From Eledone cirrhosa (Eukaryota): a stretch of DNA of 64,000 bases. The notes under the pieces are model-generated. The model ran no database searches. It had not been told where the DNA came from and saw nothing but the letters and a program-made list of their open reading frames with translations. Location: the NCBI GenBank assembly GCA_964016885.1, contig OZ024752.1, positions 34,596,001-34,660,000 of the forward strand. Direction: 5' to 3'. The position numbers and the translations under genes were made by a program. Position 1 is the stretch's first letter. Every line of letters begins with the position of its first letter. Below are positions 29,994 through 41,839 of the stretch, piece by piece.

Positions 29994-30337
29994 AAGGCCC
30001 CACTTGGTCACGAATGACTATGGTTTTGCACCTAGAAAGTTTCCCTTCAATTCAAGGCAGAAACCTGGGTAAGGTTTGCTTTGTAGAAGACCAGCAGTCA
30101 CCCATGCATACCAGTCTTCCTCTCTCCACGCCACTGATGTTGTCCAAGGGAAAGGCAATGGCTGATACAGCTTGGCATCATTGACGTTGCAACTCATTTC
30201 TACAGCTGAGTAAACTGGAGCAACGTGAAATAAAGTGTCTTGCTGAAGGACACAACGCATCACCCGGTCTCAGAATCGAACTCACAACCTCTCAATTTCA
30301 AGCCCAATGCTCTAACCACTAAGCCATGCGCCTTCAC
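29994..30337 (-). mobile_element. tRNA-derived SINE (family A) at the satellite boundary
   Basis: Minus strand starts GTGAAGGCGCATGGCTTAGTGGTTAG (A box) ... GAGTTCGATTC (B box), then GTGTCCTTCAGCAAGACACTTTATTTCAC. Flanked by ACATAATTCCTT / ACATAATCCTTT, a TSD-like pair. Confidence 0.8.
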
Positions 30338-30834
30338 ATAATCCTTTGTAAGGTAATAAAGCCACTAAAATGCAAAGGGAGAACATAATTCAATGCGAGA
30401 GAAGATGACTATTGGAGTTGCTTTTGAATTCTTACAAATTGTAATGGTCAGGAAAGCAAGAAGTCTGAAAAGAATTCCATAGGTGAGATGGACGAGAAAA
30501 AAAAAAAAGAAGTTGTGATTACATTTCGGAACTTCAACTGTAAAGGTACCGCCAATCTGGTACTGCGTTTAAACTGACTAGGACAAGGCAACAGAGAGGA
30601 AAGCTCATCAGAATAATACATAGAGAATCAGAATCATGTTTGTATCACCAGATATGTGTTGATGTCAGAAAGCCGAGTATAAAGAGAATCTTGTGTGTAT
30701 CATCCAGTTTCGCTTTCTCTTTTATTTTTTTTTTAAATATCCACTCACTGCGTCGCTCTCTTCTCCCCCCCCCCTTCTCTCTCTCTCTCTCTCTTTATCT
30801 ATCTATCTATCTATCACTCTATATATCTGTTTGG

Positions 30835-31020
<186 letters not shown>

Positions 31021-31206
31021 AACGAAGGAGTGGTGGTAAGGAACCAGATGAAACATAACACACCAGAGTACTCAATACTTAGGGTAGTAGAGTGGATAAT
31101 AGGAAAATGTATGACCCCGACGGCAGAGCTCAAGCCGTTTCGACGGCTGGGTCCAGAAATAACCGTCGAAACGGCTTGAGCTCTGCCGTCGGGGGTCATA
31201 CATTTT

Positions 31207-31210
<4 letters not shown>
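31021..31210. mobile_element. Palindromic hammerhead-half element (family P1), copy 1; probable Penelope pLTR derivative
   Basis: Inverted arms from 31100 to 31210. Each arm carries GAAA-CGGC..GCCG-TC (HHR stem III plus GUC). Bounded by (TA)n. Confidence 0.65.
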
Positions 31211-31241
<31 letters not shown>

Positions 31242-31243
<2 letters not shown>

Positions 31244-31422
31244 CAAAGGAAATGTGGTAAGGAACCAGATGGACCATAACGCACCAGAGTACTCAATACT
31301 TAGGGTAGTAGAGTGGGAAATAGGAAAAACTATGACCCCGACGGCACAGCTCAAGCCGTTTCGACGGCTATTTCTGTCCAGAAACGGCTTGAGCTCTGCC
31401 GTCGGGGTCATACTTTTCCCTA
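31242..31422. mobile_element. Family P1, copy 2
   Basis: Same body (GGTAAGGAACC..GTACTCAATACTTAGGGTAGTAGAG) and same fold-back, with a different apex. Confidence 0.65.
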
Positions 31423-31587
31423 TGTGTGTAAGTATATATATATATATACAGATAAGGAAACCCTTTCTGTATCTATCGTAATTTTGTTGTATGTATAGTT
31501 TGTGCCTTCGGTCGGTTTTCCTGGTGTCACCTGGTGTTAACTATGGACTTAACATACTGCAGCTAAAGTTCGATTTACAAATATTAT

Positions 31588-31772
31588 GTGGATCGGCAGT
31601 ATCGGTAGACGGTCGGACGCCATGCTTTGATGCATAGAGTTACGGCCCTTGCCATTCTGAGTTCGAATCCCGCCGAGGTTAACTTTGCCTTTCATCCTTA
31701 CGGGGTCGATAAAATAAAGTACCAGTAATGCACTGAGTAATTGCTGGCCTTGTGCCAAAAGTAGAAACAATT
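31588..31772 (+). mobile_element. tRNA-derived SINE (family E)
   Basis: GGCAGTATCGGTAG head, GAGTTCGAATCCC B box, TTTGCCTTTCATCCTTACGGGGTCGATAAAATAAAGTACCAG core, GGCCTTGTGCCAAAAGTAGAAACAATTAT tail. About 13 copies in the window. Confidence 0.8.
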
Positions 31773-32167
31773 ATAAATATTTGCTCTACGGTTCTTATAT
31801 ATCTGATATATATTTATCCTTATCGAGCCCTCTTTGGATTTTAGTCTTCAAATTTATTATTATTACTATATATATATATATAATGAAGGAAATGTGGTAA
31901 GGAACCATAACGCACCAAAGTACTCAATACTTAGGGTAGTAGAGTGGGTAATAGGAACGAGTAGGACCCTGACGGCTGAGCTCAAGCCGTTTCGACGGCT
32001 AATTCTGGACAAAGAAGTTGTGATTACATTTCGTCCAGAATTAGCCGTCGAAACGGCTTGAGCTCAGCCGTCGGGGTCTTACTCGATCCTATTACCCACT
32101 CTACTACCCTAAGTATTGAGTACTTTGGTGCGTTATGGTCCACCTGGTTCCTTACCACAATTCCTTC

Positions 32168-32208
<41 letters not shown>

Positions 32209-32299
32209 ATAATAATAAATGTGAAGACTAAAATCCAAAGAGGGCTCGATAAGGATAAATATATATCAAATATATAAGAACCGTAGAGCAAATATTTAT
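31773..32299. mobile_element. About 525-bp palindrome containing family P1 copy 3 plus inverted flanks
   Basis: ATAAATATTTGCTCTACGG... mirrors ...CCGTAGAGCAAATATTTAT. The apex loop is 32011-32032. Confidence 0.85.
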
Positions 32300-32412
32300 T
32301 AAAATAACAGATTAAAGTTTAAGCAAAGAATCGCTGCTTTCACCCTTCAGAAGATCCCGTTAAGGGTGAAAGCAGCGATTCTTTGCTTAAACTTTAATCG
32401 GTTATTTTAATA
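32297..32412 (+). ncRNA. Palindrome with a degenerate hammerhead at its apex
   Basis: Arms 32297-32347 and 32362-32412. Core CAGAAGA(32348-54)-T-CCC gttaa GGG-T-GAAA-GCA..TGC-TT, one mismatch to CUGANGA. Confidence 0.45.
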
Positions 32413-32415
32413 TAT

Positions 32416-32513
<98 letters not shown>

Positions 32514-32802
32514 AGTATAGAAATTATTGTGAGCAAGAAGCCAACAGTATTCCATAATATATAAGTGACTATAGCATCAAAATGGAAAAATAGTTCACGT
32601 AAGATGTGGGAAAATAATTCAAACTCTATTCAAAAAGAATCAGGATATAGATTCATCCACAGAATTTAGTGAAATCCAGGGAAAAATCAATAAAGTTTAA
32701 AATACTCATCCTTCAATTTGGAAAAACTACAAATGCTCTGTATAGTCTTAAAAAAGACTATTTCACGAAACTTTCAGTAGGGATGGTCAATATATATATA
32801 TA

Positions 32803-33025
32803 GTGAAGGCGTGTGGCTGAGTGGTTAGAGTATTGGATTCACAATCGTGAGGTTGTGAGTTCGATTCCTGAACCAGGCGATGCGTTATGTCCTTGAGCAA
32901 GACACTTTATTTCACGTTGCTCCTTCTACCTGGAGTTGCGACCGATAGATAGTATTAGCAATTGGAAAGACCAACGGAAACATAGTTTCCTCGGTCCGAT
33001 TTGACGAAAGTCGATCGACTAGAAT

Positions 33026-33029
<4 letters not shown>
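32803..33029 (+). mobile_element. tRNA-derived SINE (family B)
   Basis: GTGAAGGCGTGTGGCTGAGTGGTTAG A box and GAGTTCGATTCC B box. Near-identical copy at 35601-35818. Confidence 0.8.
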
Positions 33030-33057
<28 letters not shown>

Positions 33058-33059
<2 letters not shown>

Positions 33060-33229
33060 AGGGATAACAAAATATCGTTATAGGTAATCCAGTTAGAGGT
33101 TGTGAATACTTCTTATTATGGATAGTTTTAGCGTACGGCTTTGTTTGACTCAACAAGAGGTTTTCAGTGGCACTGCTTCTAGTGTTCAGCAATCTTTAGA
33201 CAACTTAATCAGAGAAACAATTGTTAGAC
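33058..33229 (+). mobile_element. 5' part of HHR element family P2, homologous to 61318-61510
   Basis: Shares GGATAACAAAATATCGTTATAGGTAATCCAGTT and AGTGGCACTGCT..CTTAATCAG.GAAACAATTGT with the 61.3-kb copy. The CTGATGA segment is replaced by other sequence. Confidence 0.7.
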
Positions 33230-33247
33230 GATTTCATGTGTGTGAGT

Positions 33248-34545
33248 ATATATATATAAATATAGGTGTAAACATATTTATATATTTATGTATGCATGTA
33301 TGTATGTATATATAAATATAGGTGTAAACATGTATATATTTATGTATGCATGTATGTATGTATCTATATATAAATATAGATGTAAACATATGTATATATT
33401 TATGTATGCATGTATGTATGTATATATAAATATAGGTGTAAACATGTATATATTTATGTATGCATGTATGTATGTATATATAAATATAGGTGTAAACATG
33501 TATATATTTATGTATGCATGTATGTATGTATGTATGTATATATAAATATAGGTGTAAACATATGTATATATTTATGTATGTATGTATGTATATATAAATA
33601 TAGGTGTAAACATGTATATATTTATGTATGCATGTATGTATATATAAATATAGGTGTAAACATATGTATATATTTATGTATGCATGTATGTATGTATCTA
33701 TAAATATAGGTGTAAACATATGTATATATTTATGTATGCATGTATGTATGTATATATAAATATAGGTGTAAACATGTATATATTTATGTATGCATGTATG
33801 TATGTATATATAAATATAGGTGTAAACATATGTATATATTTATGTATGCATGTATGTATGTATATATAAATATAGGTGTAAACATATGTATATATTTATG
33901 TATGCATGTATGCATGTATGTATAAATATAGGTGTAAACATGTATATATTTATGTATGCATGTATGTATGTATATATAAATATAGGTGTAAACATATGTA
34001 TATATTTATGTATGCATGTATGTATGTATATATAAATATAGGTGTAAACATATGTATATATTTATGTATGCATGTATGTATGTGTATATAAATATAGGTG
34101 TAAACATATTTATATATTTATGTATGTATGTATGTATATATAAATATAGGTGTAAACATGTATATATTTATGTATGCATGTATGTATGTATATATAAATA
34201 TAGGTGTAAACATATGTATATATTTATGTATGCATGTATGTATGTATGTATATATAAATATAGGTGTAAACATATGTATATATTTATGTATGTATGTATG
34301 TATATATAAATATAGGTGTAAACATATGTATATATTTATGTATGCATGTATGTATGTATATATAAATATAGGTGTAAACATATGTATATATTTATGTATG
34401 CATGTATGTATGTATATATAAATATAGGTGTAAACATATGTATATATTTATGTATGCATGTATGTATGTATATATAAATATAGGTGTAAACATATGTATA
34501 TATTTATGTATGCATGTATGTATGTATGTATGTATATATAAATAT
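33248..34545. repeat. About 56-bp AT-rich minisatellite, about 24 copies, with one more unit at 35158-35227
   Basis: Unit ATATATAAATATAGGTGTAAACATATGTATATATTTATGTATGCATGTATGTATGT, with +/-2 or 4 bp variants. Confidence 0.95.
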
Positions 34546-34549
34546 CTAT

Positions 34550-35158
34550 GTCAGGTCACCAGTTGGTGCTACTGGTAACATGTATCCCAGTACAACCTGT
34601 CTCATGGTCGGGTCGTTGGCGACTAAACTGGCAACCCCACTAAGGTTTCTTGGTGAGGAGGGTGACTTTGGACATCCTGCAGGACTAAAAGCAAAATCTG
34701 TCAAATGGCAAAGGAGCTCATTTGAGTCAATGGCCATCCAAAATTACCGAGAGAGATGACCCCTTAGCCTTTGTCAAGGCAGAATTCTAGGAGAAGGAAA
34801 ACTCTGATATAACACCTGCAACCCTGATGGTATCCAATGATGTTGACTTGTTCTTCTTTTTGGTAAATATCATCTTGGTTAAGAGAGTGGGACTGGCTTT
34901 GTGCAGTGCCTTTGCTCACTATAAAAGCTTCACGGCACAGGCATTGCTTTATATCTGGAGATCTCTCTGCACTTGTCGTCACAGGGTACCATGGGCCCAG
35001 CACTATGTGTCAATAATTGTCACAAGTGTAGTGTTTGTACCAGAGTTTTCAAGTCGCTGGCAGGACTAAAAAGACACACTCGTTCAGCGCATCAGTAGGG
35101 GTTCTCCTACATGGATATAAAGTAGTGGGCGTACTCGAAAACGAGTTGGCAGCCACCA
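34550..35158 (+). mobile_element. Full-length (about 610 bp) bipartite RTE-derived non-autonomous element (family C)
   Basis: UTR-like 5' part. The 3' part encodes a C2H2 finger, HKCSVCTRVFKSLAGLKRHTRSAHQ*, like RTE/BovB C-termini, followed by a short 3' UTR. ATATATAAATAT is duplicated on both sides. Confidence 0.7.
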
Positions 35159-35378
35159 TATATAAATATAGGTGTAAACATATGTATATATTTATGTATG
35201 TATGCATATATGTATGTATATATAAATTATTGTATTATTTACAAAAATATTTTACTAATATATGAGTTAATATCTGTATACAACAACTACAACGGTACGC
35301 GATGGGGCCCACCCACAGCCCCGGCGGACAGAATGGAGAAGGCGTTTCCCCGGAGGACGGCAAGGGAGACGCGCTGGA

Positions 35379-35452
35379 AATTGTTAGACTGTAAATAAAT
35401 TCCCCTTTTTTTGTACTGTCGACCATGTTTGTTATTCTTCACTTTTTCAATT
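35379..35452 (+). mobile_element. 3' part of the split family P2 copy
   Basis: AATTGTTAGACTGTAAATAAA..TTTTTTGTACTGTCGACCATG..TTATTCTTCACT matches 61448-61509. Confidence 0.7.
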
Positions 35453-35476
35453 ATATATTTATATATATATATATAT

Positions 35477-35520
35477 TCCCGTCTAACCCATGCTAGCGTG
35501 GAAGATGGACGTTAAACGAA

Positions 35521-35552
<32 letters not shown>
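35477..35552 (+). mobile_element. Short 3' terminus of a LINE/SINE with a (GAT)n tail
   Basis: AACCCATGCTAGCGTGGAAGATGGACGTTAAA followed by (GAT)n. Confidence 0.5.
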
Positions 35553-35600
<48 letters not shown>

Positions 35601-35604
<4 letters not shown>

Positions 35605-35818
35605 AGGCGTGTGGCTGAGTGTTTAGAGAATTGTATTCGCAATCGTAAGGTTGTGAGTTCGATTCCTGGACCAGGCGATGCGTTATGTCCTTGAGCAAGA
35701 CACTTTATTTCACGTTGCTCCTTCTACCTGGAGTTGCGACCGATAGATAGTATTAGCAATTGGAAAGACCAACGGAAACATTGTTTCCTCGGTCCGATTT
35801 GACGAAAGTCGATCGTTC
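35601..35818 (+). mobile_element. tRNA-derived SINE (family B)
   Basis: High identity to 32803-33029. Confidence 0.8.
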
Positions 35819-35864
35819 CATTATATATATATACATACATGTATATATATACATACATACACAT

Positions 35865-35921
<57 letters not shown>

Positions 35922-36339
35922 CGTGCGTGTGTGTGTCAGTTATTCTCTCACCTGGTTTACTAAACTTATTTCCTTACAGCAACACCCCCATCCCACACCA
36001 ACTTAGCCTACCTTTACTTTCAAATCCACCTGTTTCAATAAAGCCTCCAACCTACCTCGTTACTTCTTTACCACTCTCTCTTTCTTTCTCGCTTTGAATC
36101 CCCCCCCCCCCCCCATTCACCCCCAACACCCACCACCACCACCCACCACCACCACCACCGCCACACACATTTTTTTATCATTTCATTTATATAAAACACT
36201 TTCGTAGACCTGGGTGGGAAAACAAAATCATATTGGTCCCATACCGAAAACGAACTTTGATCTCTGAAATCTTGATTAGTGTCGTTTAATAAACGAGCTA
36301 GGTTTTAACTGCAGATTGATGAAACTGTTGTCATGGGAA

Positions 36340-36995
36340 ACGGGTGCTTCATCCTCCACCCTTAACATAAACCACTACCCCACCCTACATAGGTACTTTA
36401 TCTCTCACTCTTACCACAACACTACCCCACCCTATACGGTTACTTTATCTCTCACCCTTACCACAACACTACTGCACCCTCAACACATCACTACCCCACC
36501 CTACATGGGTACTTTATCTCCCACCCTTACCACAACACTACTGCACCCTCAACACATCACTACCCCACCCTAAACGGGTACTTCATCCCCACCCTCACCT
36601 CAACACTACTGTACCCTCAACACATCACTACCCCACCATATACGGTTACTTTATCTCCCACACTTACCACAACACTACTGCACCCTCGATACATCACTAC
36701 CCTACCCTAAACGGGTATTTCATCCCCCACCCTTACCACAAACCACTACCCCCACCTAAAACGGGTACTTCATCCTCTACCCTCAACACAATCCTACCAC
36801 ACCCTAAACGGGTATTTCATCGTCACCACAACACTTCCGCACCCTAGGCATACTACTACCCTAAACGGGTGCTTCATCCCCCACCCTCACCACAAACCAC
36901 TATCCCATCCTAAACGGGTACTTCATCGTCAATACATCACTACTCCACCCTAAACGGGTACTGCACCCCTACCTTCAACATACCATTACCCCCCA
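36340..36995. repeat. Degenerate C-rich minisatellite, about 45-65 bp units
   Basis: Recurrent CACCCTAAACGGGTACTTCATC and CACAACACTACTGCACCCTCAACACATCACTACCC motifs. Confidence 0.8.
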
Positions 36996-37173
36996 CCCCA
37001 CACCTCCATGGAAAATATTAATGATGCGTATAATTGAAAAAAGATTAACTTGCCCAACCAACATATATACACACGTCCACACGTATATATACACATATAC
37101 ATACATATACATATATATACATACACACATATATACATACATACACATATATACATACATATATACATACATA

Positions 37174-37734
37174 TGGTGGCTGCCAACTCGTTTTCGAGTA
37201 CGGCCACTACTTTATATCCATGTAGGAGAACCCCTACCGATGCGCTGAACGAGTGTGACTTTTTAGTCCAGCCAGCGACTTGAAAACTCTGGTACAAACA
37301 CTACACTTGTGACAATTATTGACACATAGTGCTGGGCCCATGGTACCATGTGACGACAAGTGCAGAGATATCTCCAAATATAAAGCAATGCCTGTGCCGT
37401 GAAGCTTTTATAGTGAGCAAAGGCACTGCACAAAGCCAGTCCCACTCTCTTAACCAAGATGATATTTACCAAAAAGAAGAACAAGTCAACATCATTGGAT
37501 ACCATCAGAGTTGCAGGTGTTATATCAGAGTTTTCCTTCTCCTAGAATTCTGCCTTGACAAAGGCTAAGGGGTCATCTCTCCTAGTGATTTTGGATGGAC
37601 ATTGACTCTTAAGAGCTCCTTTGCCCTTTGACAGGTTTTGTTTTTAGTCCTGCAGGATGTCCAAAGTCACCCTCCTCGCCAAGAAACCTTGGTGGGGTTG
37701 CTAGTTTAGTCGCCAACCACCCGACCATGAGACA
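37174..37734 (-). mobile_element. Family C, near full length
   Basis: Reverse complement of about 34598-35158, flanked by (ACAT/AT)n. Confidence 0.85.
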
Positions 37735-37752
37735 TATACATATATACATACA

Positions 37753-37905
37753 TGGTGGCTGCCAACTCGTTTTCGAGTACGGCCACTACTTTATATCCCT
37801 GTAGGAGAACCCCTACTGATGAGCTGAACGAGTGTGACTTTTTAGTCCAGCCAGCGACTTGAACACTCTGGTACAAACACTACACCTGTGACAATTATTG
37901 ACACA
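37753..37905 (-). mobile_element. Family C, 5'-truncated
   Basis: 3' about 150 bp including the zinc finger CSVCTRVFKSLAGLKSHTRSAH. Confidence 0.85.
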
Positions 37906-38468
37906 TATATACATACACACATATATACATACATACATACACACACATATATACATACATATGTATGTATATATGTGTGTGTATATATGTGTGTGTACAT
38001 ACACATACATAGATATGCATACATATATATACATACACATATATATGTATACACACATCTATACATACACACATATATACATACATACTTAGATACATAT
38101 ATACACACGTACATACACACACATACATACACACGTACATATATACACATACATATATACACATACATATACATATATATATACACATACATATACATAT
38201 ATATACATACATATACACACATATATATACACACATACATTCACATACATACACATATACACACATAGAGACATATACATACACATGCACATGCACACAA
38301 CCGCACATACACAGACATACATACTCATATATACACACACAAATATACACACATACACACAAGAAGTGAATCTTTAAATAAACAATAAAATATATTTAAT
38401 CAACAACCACGAAATTTAGTAGATAAATTATGTAATATTCATTCATTATTTATTCAAGGTGGATTATA

Positions 38469-38838
38469 GGGCGGTGGATTGGCAGTATTGGTAGAGAGTC
38501 GGACGCCATGCTTTGACGCATAGAGTTACGGCCCTTGCCATTCTGAGTTCAAATCCCGCCGAGGTTAACTTTGCCTTTCATCCTTACGTGGTCGATAAAA
38601 TAAAGTACCAGTAATACACTGGGCAATTGCTGGCCTTGTGCCAAAAGTAGAAACAATTATTTATTCAAAGAGGGTCGGACGCCATGCTTTGCAGCAAAGA
38701 GTTACGGCCCTTGCCATTTTGAGTTCAAATCCCGCTGAGGTTAAGTTTGTCTTTCATCCTTACCGGGTCGATAAAATAAAGTACCAGTAATACACTGGGA
38801 TAATTGCTGGCCTTGTGCCAAAAGTAGAAACAATTATT
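38469..38838 (+). mobile_element. Two tandem family E SINEs
   Basis: Two B-box/core/tail units at about 38469-38660 and 38669-38838. Confidence 0.8.
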
Positions 38839-38949
38839 TGTTCAAAGTAATCCAACTTATTTTACTAATGGGATAAAAAATTATAAACCGTACGCAGACC
38901 CGCATTCCTTAATTTATTATAGTTTAGATTATTATTTTATTCATTTATT

Positions 38950-39228
38950 TTTTACAGATCCACAAGACCCCAGACCTCATTCGCTTACCGAGTGGAATGG
39001 AACTCGTCAAATGGGGCCAAGGAAACAATGCTTCCATCGGTTTTTCCAATTGTTAATACTATCTACTGTCTACCGGTTGCAATTCCTGGAAGAAAGAACA
39101 ACATGACATAAAGAGTCTATGACGTACTCCGGGACATAACATAACGCATCACCCGGTCCGGGAATCGAACTCGCAACCTCACGATTACAAATCCAATTCT
39201 CTAACCACCCTAAACCACACACCTTCAC
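38950..39228 (-). mobile_element. Diverged family B SINE
   Basis: GAATCGAACTC (reverse-complement B box) and a body similar to 32803-33029. Confidence 0.6.
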
Positions 39229-39304
39229 AAATGATTATAACTATACTTACATAAATTACATTTTGGAACATTGAGTTTCCTATTTATTGTTGACCCAATT
39301 TACC

Positions 39305-39625
39305 AATAAATACCCTTTGAAAACCTATAAATGTCCTTTGAAAACCTATAAATACCCTTTGAAAACCTATAAATACCCCTTTAAACCTATAAATAACCTA
39401 TAAATGCCTCTTGAAAAGCTATTAATACCGCTTTAAAAGTTATAAATACCCCTTGAAAACCTATAAATACCCTTTGAAAAGCTATAAATACCCCTTGAAA
39501 AGCTATAAATATCATTTGAAAACCTATAAATGTACCTTGAAAATCTACAAATACCCTTTGAAAAACCTGTAAATACCTTTTGAAAACCTATAAATACCCC
39601 TTGAAAACCTATAAATGTCCCTTAA
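39305..39625. repeat. About 21-bp tandem repeat (CTATAAATACCCCTTGAAAAC), about 14 copies
   Basis: Direct inspection. Confidence 0.9.
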
Positions 39626-40539
39626 AAACACATTCTTTATATATCCGATATTTTAGTCTGAAATATTCACACGGGTGTTCCGGATTCTAACTTCATCTTT
39701 TATGCATTTTAAGTTTGTCTTTATAATGTTTTTGCTAATTATCTATTTGGGACGTCTTTGGCACATTGCTCTTCTTATCACGTGTTCATTTTTTCTTCCG
39801 TTCTTGCTAAATTCATTCTATTCACAGCTGATTATTATTATCTCTTGTATATAGTTCTAAGCTATTCACAAGTAGGATATTATTTATAAATTACCGATGA
39901 CACTTTCAGTTGAAGATCGCTTAAATTCAGCTCATTAATTGTTTAAAAAAATGAACAAAGTGTACTGAGAATAGGGTTAGCTTGAAAACCCTTTCCTAAT
40001 GAGATCTAGCTTGGTTATTAATTTGCTTTTTCTATTCTGCAGTTTTATACTTACTGTCTTTCATTTCTCATATCGTACTCGTTATATTGTTGTTTTATGT
40101 ATTAATTTTATCTTCAATATAGGAATGTGTGGTAAAGTATCAAGGGTTAGGGTGTTTTTTTGTTAAGAAACTATTATTTCATTTATTGTGAGAAAAGAAA
40201 TAATATCAATGGCTCCCCTATAAACCACATAGAGGCCTCACACATACGTACAAAATATTTGATACAAAATGGTTTCAAACAAACTTGTTGAGGTCTGGTT
40301 ATACAATAAAATAGGAAGGGAGGAGAAAATATTGTAATACAACAATGAAAATCGTAAAACTTTTATGACAATACAAAACAAAGACACCCAGCTACAAAGG
40401 AGAAGGATACTTCATCATAGAGGATGAGGGTACTTCAAGACCAGGATCACTTTGTGACCCGAACTCTATCCCTTACCCTCAACCCACTGCGACATCCAGA
40501 TAAAATTTCAAAGACTTGGCTTTCTCATATGCGTCTACT

Positions 40540-40740
40540 TTTCATCAAATTTCCTTTGCTTGGAGATAGAACTCCCCTTTTCTACTCTCACTCTTTCAGG
40601 TGGCACTTGAAACAACTGGGGAGATAAGAGATAAACACCTGTCTCCTCGGTCTCATGTGACTCACACGAGAAAACAGTTGTTCACCATAGATACCTCCAC
40701 AGGTCCAATAATGCTTGGAGACTGAACGAGTGCATAAATT
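40540..40740 (-). pseudogene. Possible degraded L1/Tx1-like LINE 3' remnant
   Basis: Minus-strand frameshifted peptides resembling ALVQ.PSI..LW and FKCHLKR.VRVE. Weak. Confidence 0.3.
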
Positions 40741-41180
40741 ATTCTTTAAAAAATGCTAGTATTTGTGTTCTACCGAACGCATTGCATGGCTGGTAGAAAA
40801 CTGGTTATTCCTAATGACATTTTAGATACCATACACCCCAATCTCTGCTTGACTGAGAACTGTTGTTCCGTTAAAGAGATAAGCTGTGGAAGGACTTGCT
40901 TTATAAACGGCTACTATATCTGTTCATCTACTTGGAATCCCTGTAGTACTTATCCCAAATTTTAGGAAACCTGCGTAGAGAAGAAATAGAAAAGATAGTA
41001 CTAATGGAAACTGGCCATATATTAAGGAAACTTCTGTCGATATAAGTATCTCCCAAGTGTAAACATCTAATTTATTTTTCTTCTTTCTGAACATGGCAGA
41101 ACTTGGTGTCTCTTGGGGTCACTGGTTGTCACTTGGTGATAACTCGTATGAATATAAAGTAAAATAAGAATGATAATATA

Positions 41181-41753
41181 TAATTGTTTCTACTTTTGGC
41201 ACAAGGCCAGCAAATACCCAGTGCATTACTGGTACTTTATTTTATCGACCCCGTAAAGATGAAAGGCAAAATTAACCTCGGCGTGATTTGAACTCAGAAT
41301 GGCAAGGGCCGTAACTCTATGCGTCAAAGCATGGCGTCCGAACAAGGCCAGCAATTTTGGGGGAAGGAAATGTCGATTAATTCGACCCCAGTACGTTACT
41401 GGTGCTTTATTTTATCGACCCCGTAAGGATGAAAGGCAAAATTAACTTCGGCGGGTTTTGAACTCACAACTTAAAGGGCCATAACTCTATGCTGCAAAGT
41501 ATGGTGTCTAACGCTCTACCGATACTGCCAAACCACCGCCCATAATAATAATGGTTTCTTATATAGGCACAAGGACAGCAATTTTGGGGGAGGGGAAGTC
41601 AATTAAGTCGTCCCCAGTGCATTACTGGTGCTTTATTTTATCGACCCCGTAGGGATGAAAGGCAAAGTTAACCTCGACAGAGTTTGAACTCAGGCCGTAA
41701 AGGGTCGTAACTTTATGCCGCAAAGCATGGTGTCCGACTCTCTGCCGATACTG
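41181..41753 (-). mobile_element. Three tandem family E SINEs
   Basis: Repeated TTTATTTTATCGACCCCGTA..ATGAAAGGCAAA..TTTGAACTCA. Confidence 0.8.
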
Positions 41754-41839
41754 TTTATTAATAGTAATAAACCCAAATTATCAACTAGCTAAATTATTTA
41801 ATATATTCAGTAGCCATGATAATTTCGAAGAAAATGACT

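Noticed and set aside
32803-32880. tRNA genes at the A/B-box sequences
   Set aside because: They continue into repeated SINE bodies and no intact cloverleaf is evident.
32993-33022. Hammerhead-like GTC..GAC-GAAA-GTCGATCGAC-TA
   Set aside because: No CUGANGA upstream. It is the SINE B 3' region and differs in other copies.
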